The notes under the pieces are model-generated. The model saw only the letters and a program-made list of their open reading frames with translations, did no database searches and had not been told where the DNA came from. DNA of 64,000 nt from Paramoeba atlantica (taxonomy: Eukaryota > Protista > Discosea), in assembly GCA_977017575.1 (NCBI GenBank), contig CDRNVI010000012.1:310001-374000 (forward strand). Direction: 5' to 3'. A program made the position numbers and the translations under genes. This document shows, piece by piece, positions 31,704-42,542 of this stretch. How positions within the stretch are numbered: position 1 is the stretch's first letter; every line of letters starts with the position of its first letter.

Positions 31704-31773
31704 ACCGTGTTCCGGGTTATTGTGCCTATAGCTACTTATTGTGCCCGGGGGGCACAGTAACCCGGAACACGGC
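31704..31773. mobile_element. 70-bp mini-MITE related to the 24844-25813 element
   Basis: 22-bp TIR CCGTGTTCCGGGTTATTGTGCC / GGCACAGTAACCCGGAACACGG (21/22 match). Aligns without gaps to the joined ends of the 970-bp element. Confidence 0.75.
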
Positions 31774-31979
31774 TAATATCTAATTCTTATGTCTTGTATA
31801 AACATTTACTAGAAGTAATCTAAGAACTAAAGAAGACGAGCGACAGACAATTACAAATGTGTAGTAAAACTGTTTCTAAAGGATGCTCTACTAAAAATAA
31901 TTCTTATCGAAACACACCAATAAATTACATTATACTGTAAGCGGAGCTGTTAAGCTTCACCGTTGGAATGCGTTCCTGG

Positions 31980-33101
31980 TCACGCTACTCCAAAGTAGCC
32001 CCCCACGACTGACATAAATGTGGTTCTTACTGGAGTAGGCTCTATTGGCGGTAAAGTCTCTTGGTTTGTTGTAATCGGCGAGCTGGGTTCTGGTTTGGAA
32101 TTAGACTGGGAACTACCTTCTGTGACATCTTTCTTCCCCTCCTCTGCCTGACTCTCTAGGTTACTTTCGCCGACGGACGCATCAATCGGGATTCTGGGAC
32201 TCGGAGAGGGCGACGGAGCAAGCTCATCCATCGTTTTTTCAGAAGGCATAATGTTTTCTACTTCTGGAGACTTCCCACTGTATTCCTCCGAAGGAAACGC
32301 CTCCCCGGATTGTACCCGTCTGCTTCCGGCTGCTGAGATCTCCATACTTTGGGAACGCTGAAATAGCACCGGTGATAGTGTCCCCTCCGTCAAACGGGTC
32401 AGACGACCAGGTTCCTCATCTACATTCCTACTTTCATCTTCGGAAATCTCACTTTTGGAAAACGTCCTTGCTCCTATGTTCGCAGTGCTATCAGATTTGG
32501 AGTTCTGTTGTAGCGATTTTTTATAAAATAGTGAAGTGAACTGGGCAGTCAGTCGGCTTATGTGATGTGCCACAGATATGCGAGGAACAGTTGGTGTGAA
32601 AGAGAGTTCGAGTTCCTCGCTTTCACCACTCGAAGAGCTGACTTCAACGACATCTATCATTTCATTTTCATCGCGCGCTGCACCGAGAGCTTCGCTGTTT
32701 AAACTTTTAGTAAGATCAGCAGCATCAGTCGAAATATTGCTTCGTATGACTGGTGTGGCCGAAAACTTTCCCGGAGTCGAAAACTTCTGCAAAGTATCCG
32801 AGCTTTGTGCATAAGCCTGTTTGATCCATTTTTCATAAAGATATGTAGATCCGTGACGCATCCATAGCCAAAGACAAAAAGCAGTTTTTACATAGGGATA
32901 AAATCCCAAGAATGGAATCACGGGAGACGCTACGATCTCCCATGATAAAAGAACGGACAGCACAAGCCAATATGTTAACCAAGATCGCTCAACATCTTTC
33001 TTTTTGTTGCATAGCATACGTATCGTAAAGAGAGTGGGTAGAAACACGCTGACTATGAAGCACAGGGGACCTATTCCTATCGTAGCTGCCACGAGCTTCA
33101 T
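31980..33101 (-). CDS. REEP/DP1/HVA22-family ER-shaping protein with a long disordered tail
   Basis: DVERSWLTYWLVLSVL...PFLGFYPYVKTAFCLWLW..HGSTYLYEKWIK. Confidence 0.85.
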   Translation of the reverse strand: MKLVAATIGIGPLCFIVSVFLPTLFTIRMLCNKKKDVERSWLTYWLVLSVLLSWEIVASPVIPFLGFYPYVKTAFCLWLWMRHGSTYLYEKWIKQAYAQSSDTLQKFSTPGKFSATPVIRSNISTDAADLTKSLNSEALGAARDENEMIDVVEVSSSSGESEELELSFTPTVPRISVAHHISRLTAQFTSLFYKKSLQQNSKSDSTANIGARTFSKSEISEDESRNVDEEPGRLTRLTEGTLSPVLFQRSQSMEISAAGSRRVQSGEAFPSEEYSGKSPEVENIMPSEKTMDELAPSPSPSPRIPIDASVGESNLESQAEEGKKDVTEGSSQSNSKPEPSSPITTNQETLPPIEPTPVRTTFMSVVGGYFGVA

Positions 33102-33329
33102 AGTTCTTTATGTTGGAAAGATATATTAAAAAGTATGTAAGATGAAATACTATTGGAGAAACACGGCAAAGTACAACACAAAATCAAAATGATGTGGTTT
33201 GTATGACGTACTGTATGTGCATGGGATACCTCATACACAATGTATCATCAAGGTTGCGCTGTTTGTAATTCATTCAATGATGAAGTGCATAAATTTGGTA
33301 CGCAACATCTCTCCTGTATTCTCAGGTCA

Positions 33330-34724
33330 TTATCTATTTGCGCTACGCATTTCCCTGGCACGGGATATGCGAGCTGGGTGTGGGCTGCCGGATCTTCGAC
33401 GAGGCTTTGCTTCGGCTTCCGATGCGACTTGACGAAACGAAGAGGATAGAACGTATCTCCTCGGATCTCTCTGAAATCGATCGTTAATCTGTGAGGAATG
33501 TTCACGGTCTACCGTGGACGAAGGAAGGGCATTATCTGTGAGAGTCCCCAACTGAGAATATGATGTCGGGTCAATAGGTACATGTAATTTACTGCATTTT
33601 GAGATTGAGCTATTGCGGTGTGCAGGTCTATAGCCAAGAGCGCTCAAACACTTCGATGAATTACGTTCCATTCTTTCTGGTTGTGGCGCATGCAGTGGAT
33701 GTGCTTCGAAGGATACCAAATTTGTATCCCTGGCGTACTCAATGTAAATTCTTGTAGAGTCTTTCACCGCATGCGTGTACTGATCAGATGCGGTTGCTAG
33801 CTTGACTTTTGGGGAATTCTGCTTTTCGAAATCAGATTTCGAATCATCTATAGATTTCGAAGTGGGTGGCTTTCTCGGCAAATCATGTTTAATATCAAGC
33901 ATCTGATCGAAAGATGCTTTGCGCACAAGAGTGGATTGCCGTGATCCAGATTTCTGAGCTTCTTGTACCGTAGAACCTCTTGGGGATTCGGACAAGCTTC
34001 GCATCTGAGCGTAACTCGGAGAACGAAAACTCAGTCGTCGTGGATTGACATACAGAGGATTTTGACTAGGTCGAGAATTTACTTTCCTAGAAGAATTTTC
34101 TACGGACAACTCCCGAATTTTGGTAAATACTGATTCAAGGTCGTTCACACATTGTTTTGAGCCGACAGAAAGATGAAAAGAATTTTTCGTATTCGCATTG
34201 CAGTACGTATTGCGTATCGTGACATTCTCCTCTAAAGAGCTCACCTTTTCTGGCGTTGCACTCAGATTTCCGATAAGAGCCATTTCAAGTCCTTGCAACT
34301 GGACCAGTAACTCGTTATTCAAATCCATCTCTGGATGCAAGCCTTGCACGAGATCAAGCGCTTCCGCGAGTGTCCAATGAAATTTCCACATTGCATAAGC
34401 AACTGCTAGTGCCCCCGCACGTCCTGTTCCGTGCAACGAATGAAGAAGTACACAATTCCCTTCGTCGAGACCTTCATCTATAAAACGGAAGATGGATGTA
34501 CCTGGCTGCAGCCCAACGAAAGCTTTGTTCCTTCTCCACTTCAGAGAGAGATATTTGATATGCAGCGCCTCGAAGAGATTCGGCGCCTCTAGTGCGCAGC
34601 AGTTTACGATATATCGAATCTTGTTTAGTGTCAAAAACTCGTCATCTTGCGCCGCTGTTCCGTTGCCCACGAATAGACCATCTGTAATTCGGACTGCCGT
34701 AAGAGGAGAAAGTTCAGAATCCAT
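33330..34724 (-). CDS. Dual-specificity phosphatase-like pseudophosphatase
   Basis: ITDGLFVGNGTAAQD, IRYIVNC and FRFIDEGL. The P-loop reads HSLHGTGR (C-to-S). Confidence 0.85.
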   Translation of the reverse strand: MDSELSPLTAVRITDGLFVGNGTAAQDDEFLTLNKIRYIVNCCALEAPNLFEALHIKYLSLKWRRNKAFVGLQPGTSIFRFIDEGLDEGNCVLLHSLHGTGRAGALAVAYAMWKFHWTLAEALDLVQGLHPEMDLNNELLVQLQGLEMALIGNLSATPEKVSSLEENVTIRNTYCNANTKNSFHLSVGSKQCVNDLESVFTKIRELSVENSSRKVNSRPSQNPLYVNPRRLSFRSPSYAQMRSLSESPRGSTVQEAQKSGSRQSTLVRKASFDQMLDIKHDLPRKPPTSKSIDDSKSDFEKQNSPKVKLATASDQYTHAVKDSTRIYIEYARDTNLVSFEAHPLHAPQPERMERNSSKCLSALGYRPAHRNSSISKCSKLHVPIDPTSYSQLGTLTDNALPSSTVDREHSSQINDRFQRDPRRYVLSSSFRQVASEAEAKPRRRSGSPHPARISRAREMRSANR

Positions 34725-35282
34725 TGCTTCAGCGCCGAACAGAAGAAAAGAGAATAAGCATCAAAATAAAAGAAGAAGTGTAAAATTAGCAGTCTAAACA
34801 GGCTCAAGAATTAAAGAGTCTCAACGAGCATAATGAAAAAAGAATTTACATGAAAAGGTGCGATGTGTTTCAATCTTATTGCAAAAAGATCAAATGGGAA
34901 ACTAGGTTCTCAACAGGAGGCATCTCATGGGAACTTTTTAAAAAAACACATTATCTATAGATACAGAAACGGAGTGTTATCCATCGAACTTGACTCAATT
35001 ATACACATCCTTAGGATCAAAAGGGCGAATTAGGGCGAATCAAAATACTGTAGAATACTTGATTTCTAACTATTTTTAGACAGGATAATTCGGTTCAAAA
35101 CATACGTTAGGCGATGTATATTCCTCTGACCAAAAGGCCACATTTCCGGCTGTTAGATTTAAATTAGATTCATGACAATAATTCTTTCGAACTACACGAT
35201 TTTTAATGTACTGCACGGGAAGTTTCATTTCGCTATAAATAGAGATTTTGGCAAAGATGCTTCACAGCGAATTACCGCTCTT

Positions 35283-36770
35283 TCAAATCACAATTTCTGT
35301 CAATTGTGCGGACAAATCACACCCTGTGGTCCTGTCTTCCCACCCACCACCTTCACTTCCTACCGTACCAAGCCTCCTCGACGGACGCATGGAGAGCCAA
35401 TTTCTCACCCTCCCCAAACCCTCCCGCACCCACGTTCGCATCTCTAACGTGTAGTAGTTATGCCAGTTCACCACCTGCGCCGCCACAACCACCACCGGCA
35501 GCACCACAACCATCGACCGCGGACTTTCCAAAGCACTACCCCAGGACCCCACCCCACCCCCAAGTGCGGACCCGAGATTACTCCAAGAGCTCCTAAACGC
35601 CGCACTTAACGGCGCAGCACCCTGCCCCACCCCCGGACTCTCCCACCCAAACACACTCCCGGGGCTCTCCCCCGTACCCGCACCACCCTGACCCCTCCCA
35701 CCCCCACTACCCGAATACGACACCAACGGCGTACTCACCCCTGCTCCCACCCGTTGTTGTGCTCGCATCATCGTAGCGTTACTCCCTCCAATGGTAGTAC
35801 CACTCCCACTCCCCTCGGCCAGCACATCCCGCCATAGGGAGACACACACCCCTTGCAGTACCCTCACCCCCTCCCCCTCCCCCTCACTCCCTTCCCCCTC
35901 CCCCTCATGGGCCACATGGGTATGTGGGTTCCCTTTCACGTTTACTCCTTTTTCCCTCTTACTGTTGTAAGAGCCGTCGTAAGGGGTAACCCGTGAGGGG
36001 GAGAGGGGGGCGTGGGTGGAGGTCGGGGTGGTACGGGGGAGACTCATGGCTTGGGTTTGGCCCTCACGGCTGTGGCAGGGGCTAAGGCTACTGTAAGGAC
36101 TACTGCCGTTGCCATGGCTACCCGCAGCACAACGACTACCCGTAGTACAGGTACTCCCTGTAGTGCGACGACGGCTCGTAGTACCGGTACTACGGGGCGT
36201 AGCGTTACTCTGGGACTCGGAGCCTGGGATACGGTTGTGTTCGTTTCCGATAAGAGAGGGGGGAATGGTTGAGGGGAGTGACGGGTTGAGGACTGGGGTA
36301 TCAAGGGCGTCATGAGAGGCGGCAAAGAGTTGTCCAAGACGTTGTCGGGCGAGAACCGCGTGGTGAGCGGCAACCACCCGGGTTCCGGTTTGGTGGAGTT
36401 GCAGGAGACGGGTGTGGAGGGAGCGCTCGTCGTCGCAGTCGATCAGGAGACCGGAGAGACGACCCCAGCGGGTGCGAAGCTGACTGGGGGCGCGGTGGTG
36501 GGCAAAGTAGTTTTCGGAGATTTTGCCCCAGGAGTGACCGTGGAGTGCGATGGCGCGGAGCAGGGTCCAGTCCTCGTCGAAGGTGAAGGCGGTGTAGCGC
36601 GCGCTGAGACTGACACGGTGGTGGGCGAGGGTTTGGTAGTGGGATTGAATTTGTTTGGTGGAGCGGTCGCCAAAGTGTTGGCTGATTTCTTGGAGTGATT
36701 TACCTTCGTGCGTGAGGGTGAGGAGTGTGGAACTATCTTCTGCACTCCAGTGAAGCTTTCGTATCTTCAT
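35283..36770 (-). CDS. Myb/SANT-domain protein with a low-complexity C-terminus
   Basis: WSAEDSSTLL...RSTKQIQSHY and FTFDEDWTLLRAIALHGHSWGKIS...RAPSQLRTRW. Confidence 0.8.
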   Translation of the reverse strand: MKIRKLHWSAEDSSTLLTLTHEGKSLQEISQHFGDRSTKQIQSHYQTLAHHRVSLSARYTAFTFDEDWTLLRAIALHGHSWGKISENYFAHHRAPSQLRTRWGRLSGLLIDCDDERSLHTRLLQLHQTGTRVVAAHHAVLARQRLGQLFAASHDALDTPVLNPSLPSTIPPSLIGNEHNRIPGSESQSNATPRSTGTTSRRRTTGSTCTTGSRCAAGSHGNGSSPYSSLSPCHSREGQTQAMSLPRTTPTSTHAPLSPSRVTPYDGSYNSKREKGVNVKGNPHTHVAHEGEGEGSEGEGEGVRVLQGVCVSLWRDVLAEGSGSGTTIGGSNATMMRAQQRVGAGVSTPLVSYSGSGGGRGQGGAGTGESPGSVFGWESPGVGQGAAPLSAAFRSSWSNLGSALGGGVGSWGSALESPRSMVVVLPVVVVAAQVVNWHNYYTLEMRTWVREGLGRVRNWLSMRPSRRLGTVGSEGGGWEDRTTGCDLSAQLTEIVI

Positions 36771-36959
36771 TTCATGGATTTAGGCAAACAAGAAATTCTC
36801 AAATAAAAATAGGAGTTGCGTAAATTATGAGGATTTCTAATGTCAATAACCTAAACAGATGATTTATGCAAATAAATTTTGAAACACAGTACGTAAATTT
36901 ATAAGAACGATACTCAGGTTTCTGATAAACGAAAGCAACAAGTGAATGCACATCGATCA

Positions 36960-38153
36960 CTACATCTCATCTAAAAAATCTTTGATTTTTCGACCTACTA
37001 CTTCGTGTTGTTTTACAGCAAACTTTTTCATCTTTGAAAACGTTTCTCCAAGCTGCCACGCAACGTCCGAAAGGTATTCTGCCTCACTGCTTCGAGCTGT
37101 ACTACGAGAACTGCCCATGCCGCTGTAGTCTGGTCCTGTGGCTGTCCTGCGCTCTATTCTATTCCTGGGAACCCCAAGCGTGTCCTGTGGTAGTGGAGCG
37201 GATCCCATTCCGCCGTATCGATTCTTCTTTGGAGCAATCTCCGGTTGTGGTTGCGCGTTTCTCTGAGGAACACTTTCTATGGTATGACCCAGGAAACCAG
37301 AGGAGCAGGAATCCTTTGGCTTCGGCTGACTTGAGTCGTATGTCTCATGGGTCGCAACACCGGATGTGTGTGCGGTAGTTGGTGAGTGGGATGACAAAGG
37401 CGAGGCCACTAGAGGTGGTTGTGCAAGGTGCTGCATCCTCTCTTTTTGTTTTTGAGTACTCTCTTCGGGGGCATAAATTTCTTCCTCGATAGGTGTGTCC
37501 AAACTTTCAACCTTAATAGCTCCCAAACCTTTCTTTTTGCGAAGTACAGGACGGGATATTGGTGCCACAGGTTGTGCAGCAGACAGGGGTGGAGGTTTAG
37601 AGGTAGTGAATGTAGTGGGATTGTGCACAATTTGTGACACGTTAAGCTCTCTAGAGCTCTGATGCATCTCAAGAGCGTCTTCAGAATCCACTAAATAAAT
37701 TGCTTCAGATTTTTTTGTTTGTGTGATAACCTCCTCTACCTTGTTGTCCAAATACCGTTTGTAGGACGATGCAGCCGCTGAGGTGTACTTTGCAAGGCCA
37801 TGAAGCCTTCCGGATGGATCGAGATGTTGTTGAGCTATTCGATTCCCGCCACATCTCATTCGTTCGACATCGTCAGGCCTCCATTCGTCTAACTCAAGAG
37901 AGCGAACAAATGACACGTGTACACCGTATCCTCGGTGTTTCGCGGAACACTCCATGCACAAATAAATGCCATATGTTATTGAACACCAGGAAGGGTTCGG
38001 GGCGCCACAATCAAAGCATTGTGTATTCGGTTTCTGACGTCGTAAGGCGCAGAGCTGTTTTTCTGTGTCTAGCTCCGGAATGGAGCGCGTAAACGCATCT
38101 GAGACATTTGTTTCATCGTGGAAGACCGTTTTTGAGGCCAATCCTGTCATCAT
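36960..38153 (-). CDS. ArfGAP (Gcs1/Glo3 type)
   Basis: CFDCGAPNPSWCSITYGIYLCMECSAKHRGYGVHVSFVRSLELDEW...MRCGGN. Likely ATG at 38153. Confidence 0.93.
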   Translation of the reverse strand: MMTGLASKTVFHDETNVSDAFTRSIPELDTEKQLCALRRQKPNTQCFDCGAPNPSWCSITYGIYLCMECSAKHRGYGVHVSFVRSLELDEWRPDDVERMRCGGNRIAQQHLDPSGRLHGLAKYTSAAASSYKRYLDNKVEEVITQTKKSEAIYLVDSEDALEMHQSSRELNVSQIVHNPTTFTTSKPPPLSAAQPVAPISRPVLRKKKGLGAIKVESLDTPIEEEIYAPEESTQKQKERMQHLAQPPLVASPLSSHSPTTAHTSGVATHETYDSSQPKPKDSCSSGFLGHTIESVPQRNAQPQPEIAPKKNRYGGMGSAPLPQDTLGVPRNRIERRTATGPDYSGMGSSRSTARSSEAEYLSDVAWQLGETFSKMKKFAVKQHEVVGRKIKDFLDEM

Positions 38154-38483
38154 GAAGTAAAGAAGCAAGGTTCTTTCGGTATAAAGCGAAATAAAAAGTA
38201 ACGAGAGTGAAAGAAAACGACAGAAAATTATATTCTCCGTTCGAATATTTCTCAGATAAAAACGGAGCGGGTACCACGTACTACACCTGCAATGTTCCAG
38301 CAATCAAAAACCCTACTTTTAGAAAAGAACTGAACAAATGTTGAACATCATAAAAAATGAATAGTTTTCTAAACATCCTCATTTTCCTCTTTAGAAAGTA
38401 TTAATAAATCCGAATCTTGTAAGAATGCACAACAGCAAGTCAAAAAATTATGGGACGTCGACGTGTGAGAAGAATAAGCTTCT

Positions 38484-38759
38484 CTATATGATATCCTCAG
38501 TAATACCCTCTCTAGCATTCACCTTGCTCGACGATTCTTGCAGCTTCTGAACGTAATCATTGTATGCTGTTTTCGCCCTAAAATCGATTTCCAAGTTCGG
38601 CTGCCATTGTTGGGCCCTGTCGCTCAGTGTTGAATTAATCAGCAGCTCTTCATACGTGTCAATCGCTTGTACTAATTTATCAATTACGTGCATCTTATCG
38701 GTCCCAGGTAAAGAGCTCGTGCTAACCCATCTAAAAATACTCTCATCAAGTGTTGTCAT
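38484..38759 (-). CDS. Hypothetical 91-aa protein
   Basis: ATG-initiated ORF on the cluster strand filling an intergenic gap, with protein-like composition. Confidence 0.55.
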   Translation of the reverse strand: MTTLDESIFRWVSTSSLPGTDKMHVIDKLVQAIDTYEELLINSTLSDRAQQWQPNLEIDFRAKTAYNDYVQKLQESSSKVNAREGITEDII

Positions 38760-39027
38760 TTAGTGTACAAAGTAAATAAAAAAATGAAACCGACTTAGGA
38801 AGTAGAAAAAAGCTTTAACTGCAGGACAGCGTCAAAATCATAGGCTGAAAAATGTTTACCTACCCCAACCTTTGGAATTGCATTGTATTTTATGAATGTA
38901 TTCAACAACTCCTTTTTCAAAATTCAGACAAGAAGCATGACGATTTGTTTTCACATACGCTTCATCACTCAAAGTATTTCGGTACCTTTTTCTTTCTTAG
39001 CTTCACACTCTTCCCTTTTCCTCGTGC

Positions 39028-39939
39028 TTACGCCACTTGGGCCATGCGATTCTTCAAGCTTTGGATCTTTTGACGCACCGTGTTCTTGCGATCCTTGAGC
39101 GTGCGCGGGCGCTTGCGGTAGGACTTGGGCTTGTAGTCCGGTGCCTTCGCCTTCGCCCCCTCCTTCTGCTTCTTCTTCATCGGGTCCGCACGAATCTCGG
39201 CATGGGCCTCACGATACATTCCCTCCAGCTTATCCGCCGTGATCCCTTTCGCCACGTACCGACTAAAATGCGCCTGGTACCGCGCCGGGTCCTCCTGCTG
39301 CAACTTCTCCATGTACTTTGCCACATGGAGGCCAAAAATCCGCTCCCGGTGCACCTCCCCGTTCAACGTCTCACTCTCCTTGTCATACCCCGGGAACCGG
39401 GTCTCACTGTGCGGGACGTTCACCCCCCCATCCACCACCCCTTTCATTACGCCAAACACGCGGGCGCCGGTGGTGGTCCGGGTCAGCCCGGTGTCCAGGA
39501 TCGCCTTGAACGGGCGCCGCTCCTCCGCGCGGGTCTCCTCCTCGGGGTTGTAATACCCCCCATCGGGGCCGGTCACCCCGAGGTAGTCCTTATCGAGGCC
39601 GAAGTGCGCCAACGTGCGGCGGGCCAGCAGCAGCCCGGTGCAGTAGCACGCGGCGTAGTTCGTGAGCCCGAGCTCGACGCCGTAGGCCGGGAGCTCGTGG
39701 GCGTAGGCGGCCGCGACCACGCGGTCCCCGGTGAGCGTCGCGGCACAGATCTGCGCCACCACGTCGGTGTTGGTGATGCGGGCGACGAGACGGTACTTCG
39801 GGGTGTTGTACTTGGTGCGGTCCTGGAGGACGAGCTTGCGGCGGGCCTGGTAGTCGGTCTTGCCCTCGCGACGGCGGCGGTACTTGACTTGGTAGCGCTT
39901 GAAGTAGGTGGAGTTTTTGACGACTTTGACGAAGACCAT
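39028..39939 (-). CDS. RPL5: 60S ribosomal protein uL18 (L5)
   Basis: [34 protein letters not shown]...YRLVARITN...[18 protein letters not shown]. Confidence 0.98.
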   Translation of the reverse strand: MVFVKVVKNSTYFKRYQVKYRRRREGKTDYQARRKLVLQDRTKYNTPKYRLVARITNTDVVAQICAATLTGDRVVAAAYAHELPAYGVELGLTNYAACYCTGLLLARRTLAHFGLDKDYLGVTGPDGGYYNPEEETRAEERRPFKAILDTGLTRTTTGARVFGVMKGVVDGGVNVPHSETRFPGYDKESETLNGEVHRERIFGLHVAKYMEKLQQEDPARYQAHFSRYVAKGITADKLEGMYREAHAEIRADPMKKKQKEGAKAKAPDYKPKSYRKRPRTLKDRKNTVRQKIQSLKNRMAQVA

Positions 39940-40249
39940 GGGGAGGGAGGGAGGGAGGGGGTGGAGGTGAGAGAAAGAGAAGAGAAAAAAAGGGTGAAGA
40001 GGAGGGAGAAAAAAAGGTGAGGAAGGGATGGAGGGTGGGTAAGGGTGTAGGGGAAATGTTGTGTGGAGGGAAAGGAATACGAATACAGGGTTTTTGATTT
40101 GAAATGTTTTTTTTCTATTTTTGAAGAAAGGTACATATTAAGCTTGTATACAAAGGTTTTGAGTTCAAAAGCATACAAACGTTTTGTGGATGGCCACGTT
40201 AGCGTGTGCGTTGGTTGGCGGATCCATCTGACCCACAACATGAAAATCC

Positions 40250-41116
40250 TTAGGTTTGATTCTCATCCTGCTTGTGATCCTCCGTAGAATCGTGCGCGTG
40301 GACGGATTTTTTATCGTTTTCAAGTGGGTTGTCTTCCTCCTCATGTGACAACTCTACTGAAAAATAGGAGGACACAAAGTGAGTTAGGAAAAGAATTGCT
40401 CCACATCCTAAAATGCGTAGTTCATTTCCGCTGTATGGGGTTCGGCTGGTATTTGTTGTGGAGTAGGGTACGTAGTGAGCCTCTAACCTCCATTCATGAG
40501 ACTTAGAGAGCTGAGATTGTATCTGCGGAAACTCTTGGACAGTAAAATTGCGGTAGGATTCTGGAAGCATGGAAATAAACTCCAACACAGATGATGTCGC
40601 ACTTAGACACAATACTGATGATCCACAACGAAAAAGTGCATTGCTCCACGCACGAAACTCGCTTTTGAATTTCAAAAAGAGATATTCATCAGGCTCAATA
40701 TCTGGAGGTGCCCTCCGAGTTTCCTGACTCCGTATCGGGTGTAGCCAGCGTTGCCACAATGTCAATTTGTCACGTCGTATGGTTTCTATTTCCTCGGGAT
40801 GGTGGTACAAATAGATGCTCCAAAGGAGAGGACACAAAACGTTCTCGAGGTATGATAAATAAATAATGGCGATACCTGTTGCACCGAAGAGGCGTCGCGC
40901 AATTTCTTCGATGCCTACCAGCGATGCAGAACGAGATGCAATGGAGATAGAGGGATCGTTATGCGGAGAACAGTGAATCGTGTAACAAAGATTTTGCACA
41001 AGAGAGAACCAACTCGCAGCTATTGTTGCTTGCGGGGACAAATATCGTATGGTGCCGTATTTCGAAGAGCTATCTTTAACACTGACACGCGGTGGTAAAT
41101 GTAAACCACAGTTCAT
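40250..41116 (-). CDS. Hypothetical membrane protein
   Basis: ORF with several hydrophobic segments and an acidic tail. First ATG at 41116. Confidence 0.65.
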   Translation of the reverse strand: MNCGLHLPPRVSVKDSSSKYGTIRYLSPQATIAASWFSLVQNLCYTIHCSPHNDPSISIASRSASLVGIEEIARRLFGATGIAIIYLSYLENVLCPLLWSIYLYHHPEEIETIRRDKLTLWQRWLHPIRSQETRRAPPDIEPDEYLFLKFKSEFRAWSNALFRCGSSVLCLSATSSVLEFISMLPESYRNFTVQEFPQIQSQLSKSHEWRLEAHYVPYSTTNTSRTPYSGNELRILGCGAILFLTHFVSSYFSVELSHEEEDNPLENDKKSVHAHDSTEDHKQDENQT

Positions 41117-41661
41117 ATCGTATTGTAAGGATGATGAAAAAGCAGTCACTAAAGCCGTTAGGGATGAGTAATATACGTACTAGAGGAGACTATAGTGCAA
41201 ATACGTTAGTTGTCTCTAATTTCAAATATTGACCGTTACATGAGAATATTATTAGATTCGTGGTGAATTGCATTGCATGTGAATTTGGCTTGGTTTCAAC
41301 GTGAACAGCTATGATTTAAAACTTAAAGGCAAACCTCGTTAAGATTCATATTTACGATACTTGTGAATGGTAAGAAAAGACGACAACCCACGAATATTAT
41401 TTTGCAAATGGGTAAACAACTTCTGCACATTATGCAAAGACTAAATCAGGTTAAATTCCGTCCTATAGTTTGAGATAAAAAACATAAGTACATACTACAT
41501 ATCTCGTTGCACCTTTGTCCTACATGAATGAAATCAAAATGACCATAGATTCTTGTTTGTATACCTTGACGTAGAAATATGATGAGAGCACATAATTCCA
41601 GATAAATAATCAAACCCTAAAAAGATTTCGTGCTCCATTTTACCCCTTGTCATTTCCTGTC

Positions 41662-42012
41662 TTACTGCTCCTCACGCGCGGCAAGACGTGCGGCGCGTTT
41701 CTCCTTGTCCACTTCGTAGAGCTCCTTAAACTCAGGGGTTTTCACAACCCACACCTGCAGACGGCCTACATCCCGGCGCGCATCCTCATCCTGCTCATCA
41801 ACACGAGAGGTGCGAAGTTTGGTAACTTTGCAGTAGCCCGAGGTGCAGAGAATGTCAGCAACAGAGGCAACGCGATCGACACTGTAGCCAAGACCGCTGA
41901 TAACAATTTCCTTCTCGCCCTCGTCAAGGAGTCGCTTGATGACAGCCATGTAGGTAAACAGAGGGCGTCGGGAAGACACGTTGACCACGTTGTTCGGCTT
42001 GGTAGCAGACAT
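41662..42012 (-). CDS. ALBA: Alba-domain nucleic-acid-binding protein (kinetoplastid Alba1/2-like)
   Basis: VVNVSSRR...LLDEGEKEIVISGLG...VADIL...VTKLRTSR. ATG at 42012. Confidence 0.88.
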   Translation of the reverse strand: MSATKPNNVVNVSSRRPLFTYMAVIKRLLDEGEKEIVISGLGYSVDRVASVADILCTSGYCKVTKLRTSRVDEQDEDARRDVGRLQVWVVKTPEFKELYEVDKEKRAARLAAREEQ

Positions 42013-42542
42013 AGAATAAGAGTTAGGTGAAAGGTTGGTAGAGGTATAGAAGGGAGATTTAGTAAAAGAATTCTGATCCAAAGTAAAGGCTATGCTAACT
42101 GTGGAAAGCAAAAGGGGCTAAGAATAGTTCTTTCAGTCAAACTTAGAGGGTCAAAGTAGGTAGTATGAGCAAAAACCAAAAATAAGAGTATGCACGGATA
42201 ACAATGTACGTTAGAGTTTATCTTTTTCTAACCGTACTCTAAAATTGTTCATTTATGGAAACAAATGTGGTAGTAAACTAACGGCAATGGTGAATTTTTT
42301 TTAAAGTCTTTTTTTTAAAACGCGGCATTGCCTCTATATTTTTACCCAGTAGACGAACCAAGTAGGTCCATTGGGGGGGGGTACATATATGGTAGGATAT
42401 GGTATATACCTATGGTATTTATATATGGTGAAAATAAGGGTAAAAAGACAGATAAAACAGAAACAAAATTCTATGAGGCTCAAAAAGAGTAAAACACAGT
42501 TGTGAAAAACTAAAAATTATTGTGCAAGATCGATTTCATATT

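Noticed and set aside
39037-40020. 327-aa + strand ORF, and similar long antisense ORFs at 17753-18421 and 50680-51684
   Set aside because: These are shadows of GC-rich genes (RPL5, kinase, Pth-like). Stop-codon depletion in the skew islands explains them.
42344-42382. ACCC...GGGT segment upstream of the Alba gene
   Set aside because: No real TIR beyond a few bases and no matching flanks.
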